Source: Nitrosopumilus sp.
Lineage (GTDB): Archaea > Thermoproteota > Nitrososphaeria > Nitrososphaerales > Nitrosopumilaceae
Assembly: GCA_965218695.1 (NCBI GenBank)
Contig: OZ244651.1
Location: forward strand, 800,001-864,000
Direction: 5' to 3'
Length of the DNA stretch: 64,000 bases
This document shows positions 9,916-19,914 of this stretch, piece by piece. Numbering within the stretch: position 1 is the stretch's first letter; every line of letters begins with the position of its first letter. The notes beneath the pieces are model-generated. The model saw only the letters and a program-made list of their open reading frames with translations, ran no database searches and had not been told where the DNA came from. Both the position numbers and the translations under genes were made by a program.

Positions 9916-11441
9916 GTAAGTGTTCACGTGGTTTAACTCATTTTTAGGCGTATTTTGCAATCTCCGCCAAGTAATCCAATTTCTTGTTTTTCCATGTCAT
10001 TACACATGAAAAGAAATTCGCCATCCACGTCATCGTCTCCTCTGCCCTTATGCTGCCCCGTATTTTTCTGTGCACGACTATCTCGCGCAACCCGCGTTCT
10101 GCAGCATTGTTTGTAGGCGGGATCTTTGGGTTCAGCACGAACCGGAACAGGTCGCTGCCAGCATTGCTGATCTTGACCATGAATTTTTCCAATATTGGAT
10201 CGTCGGCGTACCTTGCAACGATCTTTTCGATGCATGACGTCAGCATGGCAGACGCGTTGTCCCGGAGAGAGCGCGAGCGTTTCCTGCTTGCCCTTCTGGC
10301 ATAATCATAGATTATGCGCAGGTGCTTCAGGACGTTGCGCGCGCCTGGGCAGTCCGGATTGCGGTTGCAGATGTCCCTGGCCTCGCGTATTATGTGCGAC
10401 CAGCAGCGCTGGACGCGGTATTTTCCGTACGCCGTCCAGCCGTCGCACACTAACGTGCCGTCCCAACCCCCAAGCGCTTCTTTCAGAACCTTTGCCCCCC
10501 GGCTGTCCCGTATCACGTACAGCGCGTGCCCGGTCAGCGGATCGTGCAGTATCCACACCCAGACGTTGCGGCCGTTTAGGTGAATCGATGTCTCGTCGGC
10601 GTGCAGTATCTTGGCCTTGCGTATCATGGCGGCAATGGCTGCCGCAGGGGCGCCCAGCGACGTTCCCAGCCTGCGCATTATGTTGTGCGCCGTGCCCGAG
10701 GAGAGTGTAATTCCGTACCGCGACATGCGGTCTGCGATCATCCTAAACGGCATGCGACACACGTAATCGTCTGCAACATCAGTCGTTATGCTCGGATCGT
10801 AGCTGCCCTTGTCTGGAAGGCCGGTCTCGGGCTTGATGTCCACCAGACCGCAGGAGCAGCGACACGTGTTTATGGTGTGGCGCGTGGTGATGACCTTTAT
10901 CGTGCGCTCCACCCTGGTAATGTCGCGTTTTTCTGACTGCACTATGGAAAGGCTACCCGAGCCGCATTCGGGGCAGGCCTCCGGGGTGTGTTCCTCAAAC
11001 TCGGTGGGTTTTGGCTTGCGGGTGCGGCCCATGTGGCCTTTTTGCCCCCCGCGCGACTTCCCGCTGCCGGCCGCATCCACGCGGTCCTTTTGATCCCGGG
11101 AGGCTTTTGTGGATTTATTGTAGGCATTCTTTTCGTCGCCTTTTCCCTTTGTGTCAGGCCATCCGGGCCCCCTTTTTTGTGATGACGGGGTGTTGTAATT
11201 GTCATGCCGCACCAGCCTGCGCTTAAGATCAGCAACTGCCAGATTCAATTCCTCAATTATCTGCCCTTGCATCTCAATCGTCTGCTTGAGCTTGATGTTC
11301 TCAGTCTTGAGATCCGTGTACATCTTTTTGAGTTCAGCCTGGCTTTTCACATCGGGTTTGGATTACCATCCTATTTGGATCTGTGGTTTGCACAAAATTT
11401 ACCCAAGAGTGAACTGAATTAGGCACGACGTGAACACTTAC
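9916..11441 (-). mobile_element. IS66-family element B, copy 1 (1526 bp)
   Basis: TIR GTAAGTGTTCACGT; 8-bp TSD CTATTTTT (9908-9915, 11442-11449); inserted in the left non-coding end of element A. Confidence 0.95.
9944..11350 (-). CDS. IS66-family transposase (TnpC-like)
   Basis: N-terminal coiled coil, CPECG zinc ribbon, LHADET, LVCDGW, QRCWSHIIR and PTNNAAERGLR motifs. Confidence 0.94.
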   Translation of the reverse strand: MKSQAELKKMYTDLKTENIKLKQTIEMQGQIIEELNLAVADLKRRLVRHDNYNTPSSQKRGPGWPDTKGKGDEKNAYNKSTKASRDQKDRVDAAGSGKSRGGQKGHMGRTRKPKPTEFEEHTPEACPECGSGSLSIVQSEKRDITRVERTIKVITTRHTINTCRCSCGLVDIKPETGLPDKGSYDPSITTDVADDYVCRMPFRMIADRMSRYGITLSSGTAHNIMRRLGTSLGAPAAAIAAMIRKAKILHADETSIHLNGRNVWVWILHDPLTGHALYVIRDSRGAKVLKEALGGWDGTLVCDGWTAYGKYRVQRCWSHIIREARDICNRNPDCPGARNVLKHLRIIYDYARRASRKRSRSLRDNASAMLTSCIEKIVARYADDPILEKFMVKISNAGSDLFRFVLNPKIPPTNNAAERGLREIVVHRKIRGSIRAEETMTWMANFFSCVMTWKNKKLDYLAEIAKYA

Positions 11442-11513
11442 CTATTTTTAATCACTTGATCGAGTTTTTCTCTCCGTCCTAATTTTTAGATCATTGTTGC
11501 CCACGGTTTGCAT

Positions 11514-12940
11514 ATGTCTGATGATAATTCCGAGTCAAGGATTGCAGAACTGGAGGAAAAAGTGGGTGTGATGGCAGAGCAGATGGCCGAAAAAGACCGG
11601 CAGATGGCCGAAAAAGACCGGCAGATGGCCAAACTCGCTGATCTTTACGCTGCCGCCCTCAAACAGATCCAGGATCTCACGGCAGAGTTGCAGGAGGCAA
11701 AGGGCATCATATCGGCTGCCGTTGCAAGGAGCATCGGCGCAAAACCGGACAAAAAGACCGGCAGTACCCGGCGCCGCGCAAAGGGCAAGGGCAAGCCAAG
11801 TGACCACAAACGCACGGGCCTTGCGCGTCCTGAAAGAATAGACGCAGAGGAGACAGCAGATCCGCACACGTGCGGCAACTGCGGCAGCTCCGACCTCTCA
11901 GAATGCGTGTCCACGTACACAAAGGTGGTAAGGGAGGCTGCCAAGACGGAACTAAAGCACATCAAGGTGACAGTAAAGAGAAGGCGTTGCAGGAACTGCA
12001 AGAGGACCGTGTCCGGCAGGACCCCGCTGGCACTGCCAAACTCCAGGTACGGGATCAACTTTATGATAATGATGGTCATCCTCCGGCTGCACGGCATGTC
12101 AGACCTCAGAATATGCAATATTGTCATGATGATGTACTCGGCAAGAATCACGGAATCTGCGATAAACCGCATGGTGTGCAGGATGGCCCGGGAGCTCGGG
12201 CCGCTGTACGAGAAGATCAAGGAGGAGGTAAGAAACTCGCCTGCGATAAACGGGGACGAGACGATCTGGCGCGTCGACGGCACAAACTATTGGCTGTGGG
12301 TGGCTGCAGCCAGGTACGCCGTAATCTACGAGGTGCACCGCCACAGGAACTCGAAGGTTCCAAAAAAGATGCTCGGCAAGGACTACCCGGGATGCGTCAC
12401 GTCTGACTCGTGGGCCGCGTGGAACGTCATCGGATCCGAACACCAAAAGTGCCACCTTCATTACGCCCGGGACATCAAGGACACCCTGAAATACAAGAAT
12501 CCCGGCTACGACTACAAGCGGCACGCAAGGACGCTGCGCGCGATACTGTGGGACTCGCACGTCGACGGCGCCGTTCCGGGAGGTGCCGAAGCACTGGCAG
12601 CAAAGAAGAGGCTGGATCGTCGCATCGCGTCACTTATCGGCAGGCTCGAAAAGGACCGCGACTGCAAGCACTGCAACAGGATGCGCAAGAGGCTGGTGCG
12701 GGAGGGGGATCACCTGTTTGCGTTTCTGGAGACAGACGGCGTCGAATACCACAACAACCGGGCAGGCGGGCCATCAGGCCGTGCGTCATCCTGCGCAAGA
12801 ACAGCAACGGGAGCAGGTCAAAGAAGGGTGCAGATGCCATTGCCACGCTGATGAGCATCAAGCAGACATGCAAGGCAAGGGGAGATGATCTTGGCACGAT
12901 CCTGCGCGAGGGCCTGGCTCCACGTCAAAAAACTGCATAG
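11514..12940 (+). pseudogene. IS66 transposase with a frameshift in the catalytic NNxAER motif
   Basis: INGDET, VTSDSW and QKCHLHYAR in the 11508 ORF; after HNNRA (~12765) the expected RAIRPCVILRK continues in another frame to 12940. Confidence 0.85.
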
Positions 12941-13061
12941 ACGCGCGTAGGCATGGAGTTCAACATTTGATCAAAAAACTATGCAGTTACGAATTTAGAA
13001 TGATCACATTACAGCACAAACAGCCACATCCATCCTACCCAGGCGTTCTAATACACAGATG

Positions 13062-13083
13062 TTTCTAAATTCGAATTTAGAAA
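13062..13083. repeat. 22-bp perfect palindrome TTTCTAAATTCGAATTTAGAAA
   Basis: Self-complementary; identical copy at 21713-21734; variant at 9810-9828 interrupted by IS66. Confidence 0.9.
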
Positions 13084-13148
13084 TATTTAAGATCCATGCC
13101 TCTAATCACACAGCCTAGAATCATATAGAACCGACAGCAACCCACCCC

Positions 13149-13583
13149 ATGAGTGCATCCAGGATGAGAGACAACGTGGAGAGATGGCTGGTTCACCATG
13201 ATCTCTCCTTCAAATCCATCAAGAATCCTGAAAACTCGTTTCACATACTGGTACAACATACAAACCATCCAATCGAGATATTTGAGCCAAAGGCCCAGTC
13301 CGGAACAATAGTAATCGGGGCCAAGGTGGTCATGCTCAACAAGCAGATTAAGAGGTACCAGGAGTTTACCCCGGACGAGAAGGAAATGTGGGAGGACAGG
13401 GTCAGGGAGTACTGCAGATCCATACACGCCATAAACCGCAACATGACAGAAGACGGCAAGCAGAAGATTGGAGTGTACATAGTGCTGGAAAAGGACATCA
13501 ACCAGCAGGCGGTTATGGATGCAATAGACCAGATAGCAGGCATGCATGAAAAGACATCCAGATTCCTGATGAAGACGTTCTAG
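13149..13583 (+). CDS. DUF2299-like conserved protein
   Basis: 144-aa ORF after a TTTAA box; resembles thaumarchaeal DUF2299 proteins (recalled, not searched). Confidence 0.7.
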   Translation: MSASRMRDNVERWLVHHDLSFKSIKNPENSFHILVQHTNHPIEIFEPKAQSGTIVIGAKVVMLNKQIKRYQEFTPDEKEMWEDRVREYCRSIHAINRNMTEDGKQKIGVYIVLEKDINQQAVMDAIDQIAGMHEKTSRFLMKTF

Positions 13584-14753
13584 TTTGTGCCTGACCTGCG
13601 CCGTTTCTTGCCCACATTGGACCCAAAACCCCCTACCCTTTGGAGTAAAACATGCCCCGACACACAGGCACAAAGCAGTCACACAGGACCTCAATATGCC
13701 AATCCGTGCCTAGATGCTAAACCCCCCTGTACAACCACCCCATCTAGGCACAATCCCATATTTCCAAAAACGGCCGATTTGAGGGGGGGTTTAACATTTG
13801 TGCCTAGGGGAGACATGCAACCCCCAAACCATCGTGATAGCTCACCAGAACATGCCCAATCTTTTATTTCCGTGCCTGAGTGTTAAACCCCCCAGAATGC
13901 AGCGGAGGTATGTCGGATACGGGACAAAACGAGTGTCATGCAGGCATCAAAATATCAGGACTTGTGCCGAAAGTGTACTCCAGGTCCCACAGGATTCCGG
14001 ATCACGCATCCTGCATTCTTTGAGAGACGAATTCAGGAGTCAACAAAGGGGTCTGCAATGTACAGGTTTTGTTCCTTGTCCACCAATTTTTTTGCCCTTG
14101 TAGTCCCCTGACCAAGAACCGACTCTCCCCCCCCCACCGTTGCGGTGCAAAAAAAGCAGATGCCTTAACGACTTGACGCTCACCACGCAGACTGTTTTAT
14201 TCCCAGTCGACTTGAAGTCCAGTCTCACGCTTTTCAGCAGGTATGCTTTCAACTGGATAAGATCCACAAGTCTGCTACCCTTGCTGCACCAGTCTGGGTA
14301 ATAATTACAATCATGGACGCCTCTGCGAGCGACCATTTGAGAGGAGAACAATAGTTCCGTTGCGTGGATCTATTATGTCACTGAATTCACTTCCGTTGCT
14401 TATGGTTCTCATAGCCGCAAACGCTTTGATGTTTGTGTTTGTATACATCTCTGCGATCCTAGAGGCGGCTCCTAGAAATGTCGCCCTCCGGGTCACCAAG
14501 TCATCTACCAGCAGGATGTTCGTAGGTTCTGTGATCATGCGTTCAACCACCATAGTCTCACGGTGTTTGGCCGGGGTCGCCCTCTCATGAGATTTGCTGA
14601 AGGCGGACTTGGGTACAGATACATTACGAGTGAGGCACGTGGAGACGCTGGATCCTAACCCTTGCTTTACCAAGGCATTTGCGAGCAGTTTTGGAACCCA
14701 GAGAGTGTCGGGACGGGTCAGTACGCTTCCAGGTACTGGAACTATAGTGGCGA

Positions 14754-15761
14754 TCAAAAGTTCCTGCAAAATAATTCGGCTTTTCTGTTAAGGAATTTGA
14801 ACAAATCCAGATTGAATCTTGCAGTTCGATAATACTGGGAGACGGCACTGTGCATGTCCAAGAAGGTTTTGTAGTATTCTGAGACAAGCAGGTTCCGTTT
14901 TCCTTGGTGCCAGCATTCTTCCACGGCGTTGAGATACGGCGAGCCTTTTGGCAGGTATATGATCTTGATGTTCTTGTTCTCGCGCAGCAGCGTCCGGACG
15001 GCTTTTGAGCGGTGCGGGGACGCCCTGTCCACCATGACGGCCACCTTCCCAAAATGCCTCTGCAGGGCCTTGAGGTACGCAACAAATGTGGGCGCGTTAA
15101 ACCCGCTGGCAGTCCTGAAGAACTGCCTGCCATCGGTCGTGACTGAACCGTACACGGCGATTCTTTTGTGGCTTCCCGTATATGGCACGGTTATTGGCAC
15201 CCCCACAGGCGACCAATACTTGCGACCCGATTTTACGTCGTGTATGAAGAACGCCTCGTCTTCCACGACTGGGACAAAATCGTCCTTTTCTAGGCGTGAA
15301 ATTCTCTTTTTGAGGCGATATTGCCAGCTTTTTACGGCCGTTTTGGTGGCCCTGTTGATGTGGATCCTTTGCGACCCCTTGGGAGACAGGCCGTATTTTT
15401 GCATGATTTTCCTGATATTCGTTCTGTGCATCTTTGTTCCCGTTTCCCTGTGTATGACCTGCTGCAGTTCGGCAGGAGTGGTCTTGAACCGGTCCACTAC
15501 CTTGTCCAGTATGCCGTCCATCGCTTCCGGCGAAATCTTGGGCGGCCTGCCGGATCTGGGAAGATCCCGGAGGCCTTCGAGGCCTCCTTCCTCGTATCTG
15601 CGCATCCAGCGGTATACCCACCGGTCAGCCTGCAAGAGAATGTCTGCGGCATCGCTTATGCTCATCTTGCGCACGTGTACCATGTGCACTGCAAGCATTC
15701 TGACACGCACCCTGCCGTCTTTTTCCTTTTTGTACGCCTTTTCGAGTTCGTAAGTGTTCAC
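14754..15761 (-). CDS. IS630 transposase (native ATG at 17304 displaced by IS66)
   Basis: HTH, RSGRPPK, VEDEAFF, VDRASPH and SPYLNAVEECW motifs; native N-terminus MDETKQE lies at 17304-17284. Confidence 0.88.
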   Translation of the reverse strand: MNTYELEKAYKKEKDGRVRVRMLAVHMVHVRKMSISDAADILLQADRWVYRWMRRYEEGGLEGLRDLPRSGRPPKISPEAMDGILDKVVDRFKTTPAELQQVIHRETGTKMHRTNIRKIMQKYGLSPKGSQRIHINRATKTAVKSWQYRLKKRISRLEKDDFVPVVEDEAFFIHDVKSGRKYWSPVGVPITVPYTGSHKRIAVYGSVTTDGRQFFRTASGFNAPTFVAYLKALQRHFGKVAVMVDRASPHRSKAVRTLLRENKNIKIIYLPKGSPYLNAVEECWHQGKRNLLVSEYYKTFLDMHSAVSQYYRTARFNLDLFKFLNRKAELFCRNF

Positions 15762-17275
15762 GTCGTGCCTAATTCAGTTCACTCTTGGGTAAATTTTGTG
15801 CAAACCACAGATCCAAATAGGATGGTAATCCAAACCCGATGTGAAAAGCCAGGCTGAACTCAAAAAGATGTACACGGATCTCAAGACTGAGAACATCAAG
15901 CTCAAGCAGACGATTGAGATGCAAGGGCAGATAATTGAGGAATTGAATCTGGCAGTTGCTGATCTTAAGCGCAGGCTGGTGCGGCATGACAATTACAACA
16001 CCCCGTCATCACAAAAAAGGGGGCCCGGATGGCCTGACACAAAGGGAAAAGGCGACGAAAAGAATGCCTACAATAAATCCACAAAAGCCTCCCGGGATCA
16101 AAAGGACCGCGTGGATGCGGCCGGCAGCGGGAAGTCGCGCGGGGGGCAAAAAGGCCACATGGGCCGCACCCGCAAGCCAAAACCCACCGAGTTTGAGGAA
16201 CACACCCCGGAGGCCTGCCCCGAATGCGGCTCGGGTAGCCTTTCCATAGTGCAGTCAGAAAAACGCGACATTACCAGGGTGGAGCGCACGATAAAGGTCA
16301 TCACCACGCGCCACACCATAAACACGTGTCGCTGCTCCTGCGGTCTGGTGGACATCAAGCCCGAGACCGGCCTTCCAGACAAGGGCAGCTACGATCCGAG
16401 CATAACGACTGATGTTGCAGACGATTACGTGTGTCGCATGCCGTTTAGGATGATCGCAGACCGCATGTCGCGGTACGGAATTACACTCTCCTCGGGCACG
16501 GCGCACAACATAATGCGCAGGCTGGGAACGTCGCTGGGCGCCCCTGCGGCAGCCATTGCCGCCATGATACGCAAGGCCAAGATACTGCACGCCGACGAGA
16601 CATCGATTCACCTAAACGGCCGCAACGTCTGGGTGTGGATACTGCACGATCCGCTGACCGGGCACGCGCTGTACGTGATACGGGACAGCCGGGGGGCAAA
16701 GGTTCTGAAAGAAGCGCTTGGGGGTTGGGACGGCACGTTAGTGTGCGACGGCTGGACGGCGTACGGAAAATACCGCGTCCAGCGCTGCTGGTCGCACATA
16801 ATACGCGAGGCCAGGGACATCTGCAACCGCAATCCGGACTGCCCAGGCGCGCGCAACGTCCTGAAGCACCTGCGCATAATCTATGATTATGCCAGAAGGG
16901 CAAGCAGGAAACGCTCGCGCTCTCTCCGGGACAACGCGTCTGCCATGCTGACGTCATGCATCGAAAAGATCGTTGCAAGGTACGCCGACGATCCAATATT
17001 GGAAAAATTCATGGTCAAGATCAGCAATGCTGGCAGCGACCTGTTCCGGTTCGTGCTGAACCCAAAGATCCCGCCTACAAACAATGCTGCAGAACGCGGG
17101 TTGCGCGAGATAGTCGTGCACAGAAAAATACGGGGCAGCATAAGGGCAGAGGAGACGATGACGTGGATGGCGAATTTCTTTTCATGTGTAATGACATGGA
17201 AAAACAAGAAATTGGATTACTTGGCGGAGATTGCAAAATACGCCTAAAAATGAGTTAAACCACGTGAACACTTAC
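15750..17275 (+). mobile_element. IS66-family element B, copy 2 (1526 bp)
   Basis: Same TIR as copy 1; 8-bp TSD TCGAGTTC (15742-15749, 17276-17283); every ORF translation matches copy 1, in inverted orientation. Confidence 0.95.
15841..17247 (+). CDS. IS66-family transposase
   Basis: 468 aa, identical to 9944-11350. Confidence 0.94.
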   Translation: MKSQAELKKMYTDLKTENIKLKQTIEMQGQIIEELNLAVADLKRRLVRHDNYNTPSSQKRGPGWPDTKGKGDEKNAYNKSTKASRDQKDRVDAAGSGKSRGGQKGHMGRTRKPKPTEFEEHTPEACPECGSGSLSIVQSEKRDITRVERTIKVITTRHTINTCRCSCGLVDIKPETGLPDKGSYDPSITTDVADDYVCRMPFRMIADRMSRYGITLSSGTAHNIMRRLGTSLGAPAAAIAAMIRKAKILHADETSIHLNGRNVWVWILHDPLTGHALYVIRDSRGAKVLKEALGGWDGTLVCDGWTAYGKYRVQRCWSHIIREARDICNRNPDCPGARNVLKHLRIIYDYARRASRKRSRSLRDNASAMLTSCIEKIVARYADDPILEKFMVKISNAGSDLFRFVLNPKIPPTNNAAERGLREIVVHRKIRGSIRAEETMTWMANFFSCVMTWKNKKLDYLAEIAKYA

Positions 17276-17492
17276 TCGAGTTCTTCCTGTTTTGTTTCGT
17301 CCATGCTGCGTTCAAGGACCACGGATCTACATAGTTTTCGGGCAGAATTTGTCAAAACTTTTGCGCGTCACTATAGTATCGTGTCCTTGGAAAAGAAGTC
17401 AGGGAACAGGTTGTATTCGGCACACCATCTTGCCACACCATCATAGATTGAGATGAGACCGTTGGGTTGATTACAATCACGTTTTAGAGCTA

Positions 17493-18580
17493 TAGTGTCG
17501 ATCAAAAGTTTTTTACATTTAGGGACTTTCTACAGATGAACTCCATTACGTCAATCCTTGGACGCGCGGTCCTGAAATACTCCGACATCGCGTTGCGCAT
17601 CTGCACTATCGTGGCATAGTACTCGGACACCAGCACGTTACGTTTTGCCTGGTGCCAGTACTCCTCCACGCCGCTAAGCTCGGGCGTTGCAGCTGGAAGC
17701 CACATGACCTTGATGTCGGGATTTTCCTTTAGAAATTTCATCACGATCCTTGACTTGTGTTGTGGCGCATTATCCATGATTACGACCACCTTTCCAAAAT
17801 GCCTGACCAGATCCTTGAGATACTGCAGGACCGTCTCCTTGTCAAATTTTTCATGCGTCCTGAAGAACTGCCTGCCGTCTGTTACAATGGAACCGTATGC
17901 CACCACCTTTCCGTGCCGTCCCTTGTATGTCGTGACAATCGGCTCGCCTTCTGGCGACCAATACTTTACGCCCGATGCCGGATCGTCTACAAATATGGCC
18001 TCGTCAAAGACGACTGGGAGAAAACCCTTCTCTTGCAGGCGTGAAATCCGCCTTTTGGCGTTGCGCTGCCACTGCCTGATCTTTTTGATCCCTGGCCTGT
18101 TGACGTGGATGCGCCGGGCCGTCTTGGCAGACAGGCCAAGCCTGTGCATTATCTTTGTGACGTTTGAAATGTGGTATGTCACCTTGAATTCTTTGCGTAT
18201 GTTTTCTTTGAGCTGCTTTGGAGTTGTGATGCTGCCAGTCCTTGCTGCAAGCCCCGCAATCTTCTCAAGCCCGACCTTGGGCGGCCTGCCCGGGCGGGGC
18301 CTGTCTTCCAGGCCTGCAAGACCCTCGCTATCAAAATGCCGGACCCAGCTTGTGACAGTGCGCGGGTCGCAAAAGCACAGTGATGCCACCTCGGATACGC
18401 CCAGCCCCCTGATCTTGACCATGCAGACGGCGTGGATCCTGTCCTTTATGGTTCCCCTCTTCTCTTTCTTGTAGGCCTGGATTAACAGCTTTTTGCTTTT
18501 TTCATCCATGTGGGCGGTAGTGCGGAGTGATCAAAAAATGTTACGCTCAGACTGACGTAGAAGACTTTTGATTGACACTA
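17493..18580 (-). mobile_element. IS630-family element, complete
   Basis: TIR TAGTGTC(G/A)ATCAAAAGT; TA duplication (17491-92, 18581-82). Confidence 0.92.
17502..18509 (-). CDS. IS630 transposase
   Basis: RPGRPPK, VFDEAIF, IMDNAPQH and TPELSGVEEYW motifs; paralog of 14754-15761. Confidence 0.92.
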   Translation of the reverse strand: MDEKSKKLLIQAYKKEKRGTIKDRIHAVCMVKIRGLGVSEVASLCFCDPRTVTSWVRHFDSEGLAGLEDRPRPGRPPKVGLEKIAGLAARTGSITTPKQLKENIRKEFKVTYHISNVTKIMHRLGLSAKTARRIHVNRPGIKKIRQWQRNAKRRISRLQEKGFLPVVFDEAIFVDDPASGVKYWSPEGEPIVTTYKGRHGKVVAYGSIVTDGRQFFRTHEKFDKETVLQYLKDLVRHFGKVVVIMDNAPQHKSRIVMKFLKENPDIKVMWLPAATPELSGVEEYWHQAKRNVLVSEYYATIVQMRNAMSEYFRTARPRIDVMEFICRKSLNVKNF

Positions 18581-18749
18581 TATCATGTATTCCCGGCCCA
18601 TTTTGAGCACATTTAGTAGTTCTTCGGATAATTCACGATCACGCCACCATCCTTCAGGGACGTATGATAGCAGCGAGGCAAATTCAATGACTTTGGGTGG
18701 GTTGTATACCAAGAGTAAAAAATTCATGTGATTATTAAATAATTTCAAC

Positions 18750-19890
18750 TCATATGGTAATGTGATCATCCCACGTGATCCAGTCAATGAAGACCAAGAC
18801 GATGTTGAAAAGATACGCCACTGAGACCGATTGCAAGATCAAGGATCGCATGATGCTCATCATCAGGGTCCAGCGTGACAGAATAACCATAAGGGATTCT
18901 GCAAAATCCCTTGGCAAGTCGCCCTCGTGGGGCTACAAGTGGCATGAGCGCTACCTGGAAGTGGGATTTGACCGACTGGAGGACATGCCACGCTCCGGCA
19001 GGCCGACCAAGGCGGGCAAGGCAGACATGAAGAAGATCAGAAAGAATGCATGCAAGAAGACTGTATGGACGGGCAGGGAGATGCAGGAATACATCCTGCA
19101 GAGAACCGGCGTAAAGTACGATCTCGGATACGTGCGCAAGTTGCTGCGTGGATGGGGCTATTCCCAGAAGGTTCCCGTGGGAAGGCACGCAAGCAGGGCC
19201 TCTGACGAGGAGATCAGGGAATTCCAAAAGTCAATGCCGGAGATTATAAAAAAAGAACAGTGAAGGGGCAGTCGTGGCGATACAGGACGAGTCCATAGTG
19301 ATCTCCGATGCGCGGCCGCGGAGGCGTGGCTACACCAGGAAGGGAATGCGGGCGCTTTACACGTACACGGGCTCGCACTCCAAGACTGTACTCCACGGCC
19401 TGATCACCACAGACGGCAGGGGGATGTTCCGACAGTACGACAGGTTCAACCGGCACACCTTTGCGGATTTTTTGAGGCAGGCAGTATACAAATTCAAGAA
19501 GATCTGCCTGATCATGGACAAGGCCTCCCAGCACAGGGCGACAAAGATACGCGAGCTGGTTGAGAAGACAGACGGCCTGGAGATAGTCTTCCTGCCCACG
19601 GCATCCCCGGACCTGAGCGCCATAGAGACGTACTGGAGGGATCTTAAGCGGGCAGTCCTTGACGTGCCGTACACCAGCCTGCGCATGCTCCGGGAGGCCA
19701 TCACCAGGTACACGCGGTATACGAAGCCGAACCTGGCAGTTGAAAACTTCCTGTACAGGGCCATCTAAGACAGCATCAAATTACGCCGGAGGCACGTCTA
19801 GCGTGTGCCATGCACGGTGCTTCAATTGTCCAGGATACCGGACGTTTGGGGTGTCTTTTCCCATCATTTGAGTATCACATACGCCATGAT
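18750..19890 (+). mobile_element. IS630-family element with split transposase (ORF-A about 18787-19263, ORF-B about 19250-19768)
   Basis: ORF-A has HTH and RSGRP; ORF-B has IQDES, IMDKASQH and SPDLSAIETYW; the frame changes at an A7 run (19248-19254). Ends are approximate, from weak ATGG..ATGTGAT inverted repeats. Confidence 0.8.
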
Positions 19891-19914
19891 TTTCAGATGC
19901 AGCTGCCGCATCAA

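Larger units (their letters stand above)
9829..12990 (+). mobile_element. IS66-family element A (single-ORF type), carrying a nested IS66
   Basis: About 40-bp TIR GTA(T/A)CTG..TAGTTTTTTGATCAAATGTTGAACTCCAT; 8-bp TSD GAATTTAG (9821-9828, 12991-12998). Confidence 0.92.
14745..17373 (-). mobile_element. IS630-family element interrupted by IS66-B copy 2
   Basis: Imperfect TIR TAGTG(G/A)CG..CAAAAGTT; TA duplication (14743-44, 17374-75) at a CTAG target. Confidence 0.88.
14311..18727 (-). pseudogene. phosphoribosyltransferase (ComF/ShosT-like) split by two IS630 insertions
   Basis: Segments 18727-18581, 17490-17374 and 14742-14311 join in frame (about 231 aa) and contain ILVPVP and the PRPP-loop-like ILLVDDLVTRRATF. 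Confidence 0.85.

Noticed and set aside
11580-11630. 21-bp tandem repeat (QMAEKDR) in the IS66-A transposase
   Set aside because: An ordinary heptad duplication in the N-terminal coiled coil.
14040-14351. 103-aa ORF downstream of the PRTase as a third component of the defence module
   Set aside because: It has no recognisable motif, overlaps the PRTase 3' end and contains homopolymer runs; I cannot support it as a gene.
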